Shown one piece after another: positions 37,701 through 50,684 of a stretch of 64,000 bases of DNA. The position numbers were made by a program, and so were the translations under genes. Position 1 is the stretch's first letter. Every line of letters starts with the position of its first letter. The notes beneath the pieces are model-generated. The model had not been told where the DNA came from. It made no database searches and saw only the letters and a program-made list of their open reading frames with translations. The stretch comes from Ophelia neglecta (lineage: Eukaryota), in assembly GCA_965285935.1 (NCBI GenBank), contig OZ260661.1, positions 141,608,001-141,672,000 of the forward strand. The letters run 5' to 3'.

Positions 37701-40608
37701 GTTTAACCCTCATCAAATACTAAAGTGGCCTTTTGCAGTCTTTTTAACAAAGTTTTCTTAGAAGGGTTTTCGTATTTGAAATATTACCAAACTATCTTAC
37801 CGATGAAACGTTCAGGCCTAAAAAGGTGCCCATCTTCGGTTGCAGGCGAGATGGACTTGGGAATGGCAATCGATTGGTTGCAAATCTGGCGCCCAGTATG
37901 AGGTTCTCTAGGATGGAGGTCTCTTCGGGGGTCGAAGCAGTCGGCAGATGGCCACCGGCAGATTTACAGCGCTCTTCTGCTTCCACCCATGATAGGCGCA
38001 TCGCCTCCCAGAGCACATAATGGACACTTGTTTTCTCTTTGCAACAATTTTTGTCTACAATTGTGTGATGATTATCGATTAGACCACGCAGAGGCACAAG
38101 AGGGTTAATATCCATGACCACTTTACACGAGGGGTCATAACTACAAGTTCCCTTGTATTTCGGTTCATAGAAGGAACTCGCTACGGTGACCCTGATACCA
38201 TATAAATTTAGAAATCGAAATTTTATGTTGAATGCGCTTTGTTTGTTCAATGAAACGAACCATTGGAAATATGCCGTTCCACCTCGTGTTTCCACCTCGG
38301 AACTATATCTAAATGGATATGTGTGCAACACGGCAAATCTAAGACACATGTTACTACAGTCTCCGGTATGCCTGAAAAAGATCTCGGTAACATTTCTGTA
38401 CATGGTGGCATATGAAAGCAACTCTTCGTTTGAAAGCCCGTCTTGAAGCTTTGACCTATATTGATAGTGAGATACAACTTTAGCCACATTAAAATGGCTC
38501 ATAGTTAAACGATGTTCAAGTTGCTTAAAGTGAAACACTGCATTTATGAATAATTCCTTAAATAATTGTGGATCCGCCATTTGATCTACCCACGATTCGT
38601 CTTCTAAGCTAAATGGGATGAAAAATACTTTTGTTCTGTTTCTTTTGGCGAACAGAGTGAAGGATTGACATCCGGGATGAATAGAGTAATGTTTGTCCTG
38701 ATTAATCTCCCTTGGCGTGTGACCAAAGAGGGCCTGGCATTCAGGAACTCTTTGGGTCCTTAGTTCTACACTTACGTCGACCACCTCGGACATATACCAA
38801 TGTGGGCTTACGCCAAGTTCGCACTCTTCTGTAGTTAGCCATTCGGTGAAAGTTGGTATGTATTGTAAAACCTGACATTCTACACCCGGATACACTTTTC
38901 CTGTATTTGAAGGGTGGTCTCCTTTCATTGTTATACAATTGTAGCCTTGAGAATAATTAATTACCCACCTGTTTTTGACATTTTGCTCTTTGTTACAAAT
39001 GCCATAAAAGAAGTCGCGTGAAAGCTGTATTTTGTCTTGTATATAAGCAACACCTAAGGTTGTCCCCTTCTCATAGCCTCTTACAGGCTTGCAGTAGACA
39101 AATTTGCCTTCACAGCGACTGGGAGTTATGTTGATGACGATATTCAGAAAACTACCAGGAATGGGAAAGAAATAGATGAAAATAGAAACCGCATAGAATG
39201 TACTCCGATACCTAGCCACCATTGGTTGTTTTGTGATTGACTCCCAAGTCCATATAGACTTACAGAACACTGTTGCTGGAAAAGACGATTGGAAAAGTTT
39301 ATTTGATGACCTTTGACCTATCGAGTTGGCCAAAATATATTGCCGCGACCCTTCATATATGGCTACTCCACGGTAACGACAGTCATCTGTATTAGGTCCG
39401 GCCACACCGAATTGCGTTATCTCTAAGTCTAAAAAGCTCCCCATTTCTGTTGGTATGAAATACGTACCGACACAGCATACACCGGGACAGTCTCGTATGC
39501 TGCTATAGTGCATGGCATTACCACTAATATCAAAGCAGGAAGCTGGAACATCAGGTTTGATTCTAACTTGAAATAATAGTTTTAATGTAAAGGGCCACTT
39601 AGAAACTGGACATGAACGTGAATGTTGAATTCCCATGGATATAATGAAGGCCGTTGATAGTCTGTAATGTATTTCATGGGAGGACATTCCTATTTTTCCA
39701 AGTTGTTCGGATACTAACTCCGGTCCATCCAATGCATTACTTTCAAAACAGGTGACATTGCCTATTAGCATTGCCTGAATCTGTTGGCTGTAATCAACTA
39801 GAATTGTAATCACGAAATGAAAATGTCTTTCATAAATTTGAGAATATGGAGCAATGTTATATTCTTGCATCGCTAGAACATCTCCTATTGTTTTGTAGTT
39901 GTTACTGAAGTGTGGTGTTCCGTGTAGTAAGTCATATTTAAGTTGGACATCTGTAACAAAGATCTGATAAACGATGGAGATTCCGCTGGCGATAGCTGTG
40001 GTATTGCCATTTTGCTTATGAATGGGAACAAAATCATTAACGTAGCTTAAATGCAGACGGTCTGTCTTAGTGTAAATGCTCTGTGGTACAAGGTGTCCGC
40101 AGTACACGGTTGTTATGTTATCACCTGATGTCGAAGTCCAATCCACAGTAAGCCTCTCCAGCAGACATCTGTGAACGGAATCCTCGAGTAAGAGGTGTAC
40201 AAATGTCAGGTTGACATTGAACGGTTCAAGGACTTTGATTCCCCAGAATGCTGATCCACCTGATTTCATTTTCTCCAAATGCACCACTCCACACGGCGAG
40301 TAGGGGTATACTCGTGAGACGCCCCCTGACGAGAAAGGGTACACCATAGAGGCGCCCCCTGTCGAGAGGGGGTAAGCTTTAGAGGATCGCCTCTCATAGG
40401 AACCCGTAAGGCAGTGAGATGTCGAACGCCGAATGTTGGATATGGTACGTACAACTGCTTCCGGAACACCAAAATCTGGTCTTAAAGAATAAAATGCCAG
40501 GCGCGAAACGTATTTTTCAACGTTTTTCTCCAAACCATCCACGCTAATATTAATTGTTATAAATAACACAAATCCGCAGCACAGGTTTTTTCCGAACATA
40601 TTGAGCAT
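31746..40608 (-). CDS. Giant GRL101-like LDLa/LRR GPCR with N-terminal CUB and C-type lectin domains (~2035 aa, 2 coding exons)
   Basis: Exon 40608-37801 (donor TCG|GTAAG, phase 0) joins exon 35045-31746 (TTACAG|ATG, phase 0). The join completes a C-type lectin fold (SWVEAEERC...GGHL...FLGLN|..WSTG...C..WYRISC). Other domains: signal peptide, CUB-like (NVNLTF...C..ERL...YCG), ~6 LDLa repeats (CDGxxxCxxGEDExxC), LRRs (LDLSSN, IDLSDN, ILKGN, IDLSFN, ILSDN) and 7 hydrophobic helices. Confidence 0.88.
35461..37185. repeat. 22-bp satellite (TAGGGGCATAACACAAACCTAA)n, ~78 copies
   Basis: Direct observation; fills most of the single intron of the GPCR gene. Confidence 0.97.
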
Positions 40609-41287
40609 TGAGAGTAATACACAACTTGTCTCCGGTGCTTTCTATCTCTAACGGAGAAAGAAGCCCCTGTGAAGACACCGAGAGCCAAAGTTGCCTTATA
40701 TAGGATTTCTTCAAAAACCACCATACTTTATTAAATATCCAGTGGAACCTTTGATTCCTGAGTGTTAGATTCGTCTAATCAATATTTGATCAAATGACTT
40801 TTGAGGCAGTTTAATGTCATTGAGTCGTATTTATTAAAGCTTTCAAACATTTATATTAACTGTAAACAGCATAAGAACTGTTCCAATGAAATTATACTCT
40901 CAATAAATGTCAGTGTGAAACAAAACATCAAGTTACTACATACAATAAAGATCCCTAAATCCAATAATGTGTGATATTGGGTTTAACATCTGACATTCTT
41001 TATGAGAGATGTGGCTATATATTCACCTTGATAAGTATTGCTGAATTACATCCGGAAGGTTTTTGGTCTCAATTTAAAATATCGTGATTCATTTTCAGTG
41101 GCGTCGAATGGTAAAATGTCTTTATAACCAGCAGTCCTGAACGAGTAAACCTTATCTTTGCACTTTTTTTAACTACATAATAATTATCTTGGGAAACTAT
41201 TATTCATAAGCGTTACTTATATATAAGAGTTCTTGTGATCTTAGTGAAATATGCTTGTGTGCTCTTATTACTTCTATTACTACCACC

Positions 41288-41570
41288 AAAGCGTGGCCGA
41301 ATGGTTAGGGCGTCCGCCTCGCAAGTGGGACATCGGGGTTCGAATCCCGGTCGCGTCAAACCCAAGACGTAAAAATAGGTACTGATAGGTCCCCTGCCAG
41401 GCGCCCGGTATTTCGGGGATAGTATCAGGACTGGTCAACCCGGTGTCAGTATAATGTGACTGGGTGGGGTTCCCTGTCTGGTGTCTACGGCAGGTACTCC
41501 AGTGAGGCAGGACTATAAAGAGGGCATTGAGCCCACTGTCACAAGTATGCACTGTGGCGATATGACCGAT
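41288..41570 (+). mobile_element. tRNA-derived SINE (V-SINE-like), 3' tail missing
   Basis: A box TGGCCGAATGG, B box GTTCGAATCC. High similarity to the reverse complement of 11300-11578. Confidence 0.9.
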
Positions 41571-42574
41571 ATGATGACGCACTGCCTAGCAATCTGTTCA
41601 GCCAGTAACATGATCCATATCAACATGCTTCTAATGCAGACTGGAGATTTCTTTAACAAGTTGCCAAACCGCTGCCCGATACTTTTTACTTGAATTATAG
41701 AAATAAAGGGAGCATTTGTTCGCTCTGTTTAGATAATACCATGTCATATACTGATCACATTTTATTAATATCACCTTAATATTTAGTAGCTTCCTATTTC
41801 GTTTTGCTAGCCGACTTCGTATTTCATTTACATACTTTCACTGGTGGAACAATGAAGCAGACTCAAGTGATTTACTAGTTCCTAGTTCCTAGTTCCTATT
41901 TCGAATTAGGAAATGAAACTCAAGCCATTTCCTTATTCCAGTTCCTAGTTCCTTATTCGAAATAAACCTACCAACCTAGATCTAAGCACACAATATCACT
42001 CTTTATGACCCCTAGTGATCATTTCTGCCCAAAAAGAATCAAAATCCGGCGGTTTTTGGCCCTTTTTCGCCCATTGAAAGTTGATGGGAAAGAGGCCGCC
42101 AGCCGAGTTGGCCTACCGGGCGCCGCCGGGAAGGCCTAGAGGTGGGAGGGGGTATAAAATTTGCGGGAAAAATCATGCAAAATTGGCCGTCTAGAAATGA
42201 TCCTGGGAGCGTGAAACGCATATAAAACACAAGTACCCATGGCAAAATTTTCTGGCCCACCATGAATTAGGAAATGGCACTCACCGATTCACTATTCTTT
42301 AATCGCCGAGAGTAAGTAAATATCCATTTTAAGAATTCCAGGCAACTTCCAGTAGCTTCTAATGATGACTTATCTTTCTTGGTGAACCTACCAGGTCATA
42401 TATGGCGATATTTTCACCATTATTTGCACATAGAAAACACAAAGTCGAACTAGGAACTAGGAACTAGGAAATGGCCAGTTCCTAGTTCGAATCGCCAGTT
42501 CCTTATTCAAAAAACGATTTAAAAAAAATCAATCTAAAAGTACCTGAATCAACCATGTTTCATCTCCATAGTAC

Positions 42575-43805
42575 ATTTCCGGCCCAAAAAACTTGAAATT
42601 CGGCGATTTTTGGCCCATTTCCGCCCATTGAAAATCAAAATCGAATAAGGAAATGGCCAAACTACGCGATCCACCCAAGACTTAAGGCCACCATTCAACT
42701 CTTAATTACCTCTAAAACGAATTTCTGACCAAAAAATTACGAAATTCGGCGATTTTTGGCCCGTCTTGCCCATTGAAAATAAAAATCGAATAAGGAAATG
42801 GCCAAACTACGCAGTCCACCCAAAATTTAAGGCCACCATTCAACTCTTAATGACCCCTAAAACGAATTTCCAGCCCAAAAATTACAAAATTCAGCGATTT
42901 TTGGCCCGTTTTTGTCCATTGAAAATCATAATCGAATAAGGAAATGGCCAAACTACGCAATCCACCCAAAATTTAAGGCCACCATTTAACTCTTAATTAC
43001 CTCTAAAACGAATTTCTGAACAAACAATTACAAAATTCAGCGATTTTTGGCCCGCTTTTGTCAATTGAAAATCATAATCGAATAAGAAAATGGCCAAACT
43101 ACGCAATCCTCCCAAAATTTAAGGCCACCATTCAACTCTTAATGACCTCTAAAACGAATTTCTGACCAAAAAATACACAATTCGGCGATTTTTGGCCCGT
43201 TTTTGCCCATTGAAAATCAAAATCGAATAAGGAAATGGCCAAACTACGCAATCCACCCATAATTTAAGGCCACCATTCAACTCTCCATAGCCCCTAGAAC
43301 AAATATCTGACCCAAAAATTACAAAATTCGGCAATTTTTGGGCCTATTTCGCCTATTGAAAATCAAAATCGATTAAAGGAATTGCCAAACTACACAATCC
43401 ACTCAAAATTTAAGGCCACCATTTTACTCTTAATGACCTCTAAAACAAATTTCTGACAAAAATATTACAAAATTCGGCGATTTTGGCCCGTTTTTGCCCA
43501 TTGAAAATCATAATCGAATAAGAAAATGGCCAAACTACGCAGTCCACCCAAAATTTAAGGCCACCATTCAACTCTTAATGACCTCTAAAACGAATTTCCA
43601 GCCCAAAAATTACAAAATTCAGCGATTTTTGGCCGTTTTTGTCCATTGAAAATCAAAATCGAATAAGGAAATGGCCAAACTACGCAATCCACCCAAAATC
43701 TAAGGCCACCATTCATTCAACTCTCCATGGCCCCTAGAACAATTTTCCAGCCCAAAAATTACAAAATTCGGCCAATTTTGGGCCTTTTTCGCCCATTGAA
43801 AGTCA
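42575..43805. repeat. 145-146-bp tandem array (~8.5 copies) in the left arm of the long-TIR element
   Basis: GAATAAGGAAATGGCCAAACT (some copies degenerate) recurs at 42643, 42788, 42934, 43080, 43225, 43371, 43516 and 43661. About 1.4 inverted copies are in the right arm (48996-49195). Confidence 0.95.
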
Positions 43806-45206
43806 TAAAAGTGCTTTAACGGTGGTGGATGCCTTTAGTGTTTAGCATATACCTTTTTGTTTGTTTCTAATTATAATTGAACATTCGTATTTGACCCTAC
43901 GTGTTACTCGAATGAAGGTTAAACATGTATGCGTTAAATCTTTATCAATACAACGACTATTAATTAACAGATCAATATCTTTTTAATACTTCAACATAGC
44001 AAAGCACGCGCCGCTATTAACGTGAACACCTCTATGTATACTGAGTCTAGTATGATTGGTGCCAATACTAATTATATCCTTATTTCTTATATTCTTGTTT
44101 TGTGTGTTTTAGAAAAGTGTGACAATATAGTTTTAAATAACTGGGCAAGTAATGCCGTTCATTGGTTTATGTTGAACACAGCGCAAGATGTTTTATGTGA
44201 CATATACTGTATATGTTTTGAAGCAAAATTAGTATTTACATTTGATAGGAATTTAGTTTTTATTACTGTCCCTATGATCCTTTGACAATGAAAAGTGACG
44301 ATTTCCAGTTACCAATAACTGCTTGAGAAATATTAACTACATTATCTTTACTATTTCTAAGACAAATCGAGACATTATTCTCAATAAAATCGTACGTTAG
44401 GCTATATAATAATGAATCTAAAATGATACAAGGAAATTTATTATGAATCAATGTATTATCCCTGATATAAAGAATGCAAAAATATATGTATTTATTATTA
44501 TGGCTTTTACAATACGCTTTGCTTTATGCAGGTAGTAAAGTGGTCATTTGTTAAAAAGAAGTTAACATATACCAGTTATCTTAATTTTACCGACTTTCAT
44601 TTCCATTTTGAGATAATCAGAATACAAAGGCAATCCACATTTTGTAAATCAAATAGTCCAATAATAAACGCCTTAAAAATTTGGCAATAAAACAGATTAA
44701 GCGTTGTTTTTACATTTACATCAATGACTGTCTGTTAATCTTAAGAGAATACAAGTCTACACAATGCCATTATAATCTGGCGCGATCAATGTTATTTGCA
44801 TCGGATAACAGCTTGAAATGTGTAAATCCATTTCGTGAAATTCTACACAGGCTATGAATACACAAGTACAAACCTTTGGAACTGCCTGGTGATTTGCACT
44901 GTAAGCTCTTGTAAACTAGGCAATGTAGGCGCTTTTATTTAATATGAATATTGGTTTCCTCACGGCAGATATCAGATGAATATTGTATGTTTTTCTTAGA
45001 AAGCAACTCTGGACTAAACAAATAAGTGTCCTATCCTGCTCATTTTACAAGAATGCCATTGACTGGTTTTATATAATAAAAAACCAGGTTCTCTTATAAT
45101 ATCTGTTATTTTGCTTAAATTCTTCTGCACGTGAACGTGAATCCTCGCTGTTCTTCTTTAAACGACAATTAAATCTGCGCACAAATTTCAATACATAATA
45201 TATAAT

Positions 45207-47127
45207 TTAAAGCTTAGCTTTATTTCTGTCCTGCTGCTGTTTCAATACGTGGGAGTAATCTTTGACTCTTTCTGTAGGCAGCACGGAAATAACTACATCA
45301 GTCCAGCCTAGTTTCTGTAGATACATGCTGTTTGGAATTATTCCAAGAGGTACGAAACCTCGCCGATTCTCCATGAGTCTCATCTTGGTATTTTGAATAG
45401 CAGAGTCACCTAGGTGGTATTTGTAACCCGCTTTCTTTGCCATACTTTGCAACACATCCATCATTTCACTGCCTACATGAAGGGATCGGTACTTTGGATT
45501 GACAAGCCCACTGGACTCGTTATACAAACCTTTGCATCCCCTGCTTATCCAGCTATCGCCGAAGGATGCAAACCCCATAATCTCACCTGATTTCACGTCC
45601 TCGATCACCATACAATGGTTGTGAAGCAACTGGAAATATTTGAATGTTTCAAAATTGGGATATTCATCTGTCCCAAAACCTGCATCTTTGCCAAGCAGAG
45701 ATGTAAACATATCAAACACCTTCGTGTCTTCCACTCCATCTTGTTTCAGATATCTCCAGATGCACTGTAGGCCACTTTCTAATGTGTAGTGGAATGGAAG
45801 GAATGGCAGGGTTGGTAACTTTGACATTTCCCTCTGGTTCAACCCTCCAAAGTAATTTTCAGTGTAACTTCGTATCTCTTCCATTGGCCGCAACTAGACA
45901 ATAATGTAATTAATTGAACGGGTTATATTAGTCATAAATAAGATTATCTTTCTTTATCAAATCAAAATAAATCCTTACCATTTTTTCCCCATCAATGTCT
46001 TTAACCAAACACCAAGTATCCACCATACCGTATTTAGTTACTTCGCCAAGATTTGGTAAACAACATACTGGTTGAAAGCCGTCTTTCCTAAGGTCGGCAA
46101 TAATTTCCGCGCATGTCTGAAATTAATTTACACTCAATATGAAACTGTAGTGTCGTTGCAATTTGTGATCCCGCCAGATATATCTTCTACCTTAGAGATG
46201 AGAGCACGAATGAGACAGAAATGATGCATCTAAGAAAGGTACCTTGATGTATTGAATCAAAGCTTGTCCGTTCAGGGTTATGAACACACACAATGCTACT
46301 CAACTATTGACATAAATAAGCACACGCCATTACCTGGAAGACCCAGACTAGGGCCGTAGTATACGCCAGTTGTAAATCTTTGGCATACCGAAGGCCTTGC
46401 CCTATAACCTCTCTGTACATATTCTGTCCAAAGAGGGAATCCGACAGAAAAACGTGCACGTGTGCCACACAGGGGGCAACGGACCTTGCGAGTTGACATG
46501 GCTGTATGAATAATGCGCCGTCTACCATATTAAGTGATAAGTTATTGCCTGACATCTGCCGAATGGAAAATCCCTCCGCCTGTTCCAGTGAGTCCTTGAA
46601 GCTGGGAAGGTCAGGGTATTCGTGAAGACCGACATTCCTACCCGTTCGAGCGGACTCTTGGACAATTGAATAAACATTGATAGCCTCTGCCTCCTTTAGG
46701 TACTCAAATTGCAACACGGCGTCCTTTAATTATTATGAAGTACTGGTCAATCAATGTAAAAAAAGCAACAATTGTGGTTAATGGACATAAACAAAATATA
46801 ATGATGGTATCAGTTTTCTTTATCTGAGCTGAAGGAATTTTCATTGGTGCGAATTCCGTCTTAAGTAAAAGTTCATTCATATCTGCTATAGAATTATTCT
46901 GTGGAAAATCATTGGCATTACTTCTTTCGAGTTTATTTGTGTTAGTAAGTTGGGTTTGATCAAAACCTATTATTATTCCACAATGGTGATCAAGTTATTA
47001 CCAGTAAATATGTTTCGGTGATGCTGGGCTGAGATAGTAACAAATAACCAATACGCACCTTTATATATACCTTCTCTGGGAGGTAGTCCAATCGTTTTGC
47101 CGGATAGTAGTTTGCCGTCCGGTACAT
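45207..47127 (-). CDS. Tandem-GNAT N-acetyltransferase, MPR1-like (~427 aa), C-terminal PTS1 (AKL)
   Basis: Exons 47127-47059, 46723-46334, 46116-45979 and 45893-45207 are all phase 0, GT-AG and stop-free. The two halves are homologous (GxxEYP..F; GFxPxxxxPN...GxxD). The second half has an acetyl-CoA motif A (VNPKYRSLHVG). A possible upstream coding exon 48832-48802 could splice to 47189. Confidence 0.85.
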
Positions 47128-48923
47128 TCTGGCAGGGACAAAACTGTGGGACACACTAAGCCTACTCCTATTCCTGACCAACGCAAAAACTAAGTATTGT
47201 TTACTACACTTGGTATGATCTTGTATTTTACAGGTGACTTTATCGATTGTGCACGGACTTTGCCTAAGGCCGTGCACAATCGAATGTGGAAATCAGTTGA
47301 AGGTGTCTGCCAACATTGATATCTGAAGTACAAGCAGCTACATATATGTATACTTGTACTATCACCCCCTCAAACCTCACACTGATTTAATATGGCTTTA
47401 AAGCACACATATCCTAGTTTAATGGGTCATGTTTAACGTCATGTTGGCTTGAATTGTATAATGTTTGTCACCATATGTATTGTACTGTTAAAAGGTATGT
47501 TTGTTCCTATTAATTCACGAAATGATATATTAGTTCAGCCACAATGACATGGAATGTTCTCAAATGTATACACGACAATTAACATACCACGTTTCAGCTA
47601 TTGGCCGCCTGATAAGGCAAGGATCATTAAGGTTAATGTGTTATCAAGAGATAATAGAAGGTTGCAAACAAAATACGCTTCATTGTTGTTATGAACCAGC
47701 GTGTTTGTTTTCAATATACAATAACCCGGAGGTCACACACCAACCACCTTCGGACTGACACCTCTCGTTAATGGGACAAGTATGATAGAGGTGTATTAAC
47801 TGATAAATACACTGTTTAATTGTACATGGTGCACGGGAACTTTTACGGTAACATTTAATGTTATTTCCTGATTTGAAACAAATGACCAAGAAACCGAGAG
47901 AGTTACCAAATGCCGACGTATATCGAGGTATCCTAAGGTTTCACCTCGGTATCTGGTCGGTTTTCAATTATTTTTATCGCGCACAACGACTGCGGTATTA
48001 CGGCGGAACTTTCACGGCATGTCTACGGTATTTTCTGCCTTATTTTCTAGGTATTACTTCGTAACACACGTAATAACAAGACCCTTAAATCAACCCTTAA
48101 CAAAATTAACACACGTAATGACAAGACCCTTAAATTAACACCAAACAAAATAAAACTCTGCAGTAGTATCATATGACATCACAATACACACTACAGAGAC
48201 AGTTGTCAGCTTAGACACTCTTAACAAGCTCACCCTGTAAGGCTTTTAAGCAAACATTATGACGCGCCACATAGTTCAATGTTGGAATCGGCTGATATAT
48301 CATCTGTGTTTGCAAAAGCTTAATGCTATTCATTTAACAGGGAATAGAACCAACGAATAAAACATGATTATCTATATTCTAACTGCATTTCAGCTGGATG
48401 TTTGGAAGTTACAATACAATGCCAAAGTTTATTTGGCCTCACGATTGCTAGCCTTGAACAAACTTAGTATATGTTTTTCAACACCCATTCCTCTCATTAA
48501 TTAAGTCTGAATCTGACGAATTCAAAACATGACGAATATAATCCACGATTAGTTGTGATAGTATTGGAACTTTTTAGCGTTTACATATGATGATATGATC
48601 AATTTGAATATATTATAGTTAAATATGAAATACACGCCGGAGTATGTTATATATACATAAGTAAATATATAAACACGAGAGAATCCCGGTTATAGATAAG
48701 TGACAGCTGGGAATAGCTTTCAGGAGTGTAACGTGGTGTTCGGGACAAACCTAAAATTACCATTGAGTTGAGTTGATGTGTCATCGAATATACGATCTTA
48801 CCTTGTACAATGTTCCTGCTTTCATTGAACATGTGACATGGTTATATGGGGGATACGTCTGTTTATCTTGTTAATTCCCTTTTAACGCTCATTTGCTTCA
48901 TCGAACGTTCACCATAAGTAAAC

Positions 48924-48980
48924 TGCGCATGTATTATACATCTACGATATAACTGTTTCCCCATTCGAGTGCGCATGCGC
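48924..48980. promoter_or_regulatory. NRF1-type motifs, candidate promoter of the GNAT gene
   Basis: TGCGCATGCGC at 48970-48980 and TGCGCATG at 48924-48931, ~100-150 bp upstream of the candidate first exon (donor CAAG|GTAAG at 48802). Confidence 0.45.
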
Positions 48981-50684
48981 GTGAACGGGTGAGACATTCG
49001 ATTTTGATTTTCAATGGACGGAAATGGGCCAAAAATCGCCGAATTTTGTAATTTTTGGGTCAGATATTTGTTTTAGGGGCCATGGAGAGTTGAATGGTGG
49101 CCTTAAATTTTGGGTGGATTGCGTAGTTTGGCCATTTCCTTATTAGATTTTGATTTTCAATGGGCGGAAATGGGCCAAAAATCGCCGAATTTCTTTTTTT
49201 GCCGGAAATGTACTTTGGAGATGAAACATGGTTGATTCAGGTACTTTTAGAGTGATTTTTTTTAACCGTTTTTTGAATAAGGAACTGGGGATTCGAACTA
49301 GGAACTGACCATTTCCTAGTTCCTAGTTCCTAGTTCGACTTTGTGTTTTCAATGTGCAAATAATGGTGAAAAATCGCGTTGTCTTTGTGTCTAATGACCT
49401 GGTAGGTATACCAGGAAAGATAAGTCATCATTAGAAGCTACTGGAAGTTACCTGGAATTCTTAAAATGGATATTTACTTACTCTCGGCGATTAAAGAATA
49501 GTGAATCGGTGAGTGCCATTTCCTAATTCATGGTGGGCCAGAAAATTTTGCCATGGGTACTTGTGTTTTATAGGCGTTTCACGCTCCCAGGATCATTTCT
49601 AGAAGGCCAATTTTGCATGTTTTTTCCCGCAAATTTTATACCCCCTCCGACCTCTAGTCCTTCCCGGCGGCGCCCGGTAGGCTAACATGGCTGGCGGTCT
49701 CTTTCCCCTCAACTTTCAATGGGCGTAAAAGGGCCAAAAACCGCCGGATTTTGATTCTTGTTGGGCAGAAATGATCACTAGGGGTCATAAAGAGTGATAT
49801 TGTGTGCTTAGATCTAGGTTGGTAGGTTTATTTCGAATAAGGAACTAGGAACTGGAATAAGGAAATGGCTTGAGTTTCATTTCCTAATTCGAAATAGGAA
49901 CTAGGAATTAGGAACTAGTAAATCACTTGAGTCTGCTGAACAAAGCCAGGAAAATGCGTTGTTTACCGCCCTACCGGATAGAATAGATAACCGCTTCCGC
50001 TACCTCCCCCTTCGCCGATTGGTAAAAGCCTATAAAACTTCGGGCAAACAGCGTGTTTCAAGTCTGCCTATGACAAGTTTGCATAGGTTGTCAACTTTTG
50101 GTCCAAACAGACGTTCAAAGCTGCTAAGTGGCATAACAACTGGCCGTGGAAAACGTATGTATTTCTTTATCTTTTTATCCAAGTAGTCGTATCCAGTAAA
50201 ACTAGGTGACCTGACTACGTAGTAAAGTGTGCATCTTATTATTATATGGTCAGATACACACAGTAAACTGCAATCATGATGCTAGCTGGCTAGATCGGGA
50301 ATTTACGTTTAGTTAGGGTTATGTGTTGAAGTGTAAACAACTGAGTCATGTGAATACCAGTTGACATAGAGCTTTGCTGTACCGTTGCGGTTCATGGTAC
50401 GAGCTTGACACAGGGAAGTCTTGGCGCACGGGATTTTTCAATACATTGTGCATTGTGCGGGAGGTTTTTCCTGGGTTCGTGTAGAAGTGCGCCATATTGA
50501 TTACCTGAGATTTACATCAAATTGTCTTTCCTCCTCAGTGTACAAGTACAGTATATTGTTATTTATTGATCATTCTTAGGTGCTTAAGGTCGCCTATATG
50601 AGTTAGAGTATTGAATGTTGATCAGTCCATTTTGTAGCGTTACTGCATGGGAATTTCCCCATACACACATGACAGTTATCAGCT

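Larger units (their letters stand above)
41857..49936. mobile_element. 8.08-kb non-autonomous long-TIR DNA transposon carrying a host-like gene (Pack-type)
   Basis: Termini GCAGACTCAAGTGATTTACTAGTTCC... and ...GGAACTAGTAAATCACTTGAGTCTGC. Inverted similarity extends ~940 bp (41857-~42790 vs 48996-49936). TGAA flanks both ends (41853-41856, 49937-49940). Neither inner end has the terminal motif, and there is no transposase ORF. Confidence 0.82.

Noticed and set aside
41288-41365. tRNA gene (also 11505-11578 on the - strand)
   Set aside because: The tRNA-like head runs into a SINE body shared by both copies, and one copy has a tail and TSD.
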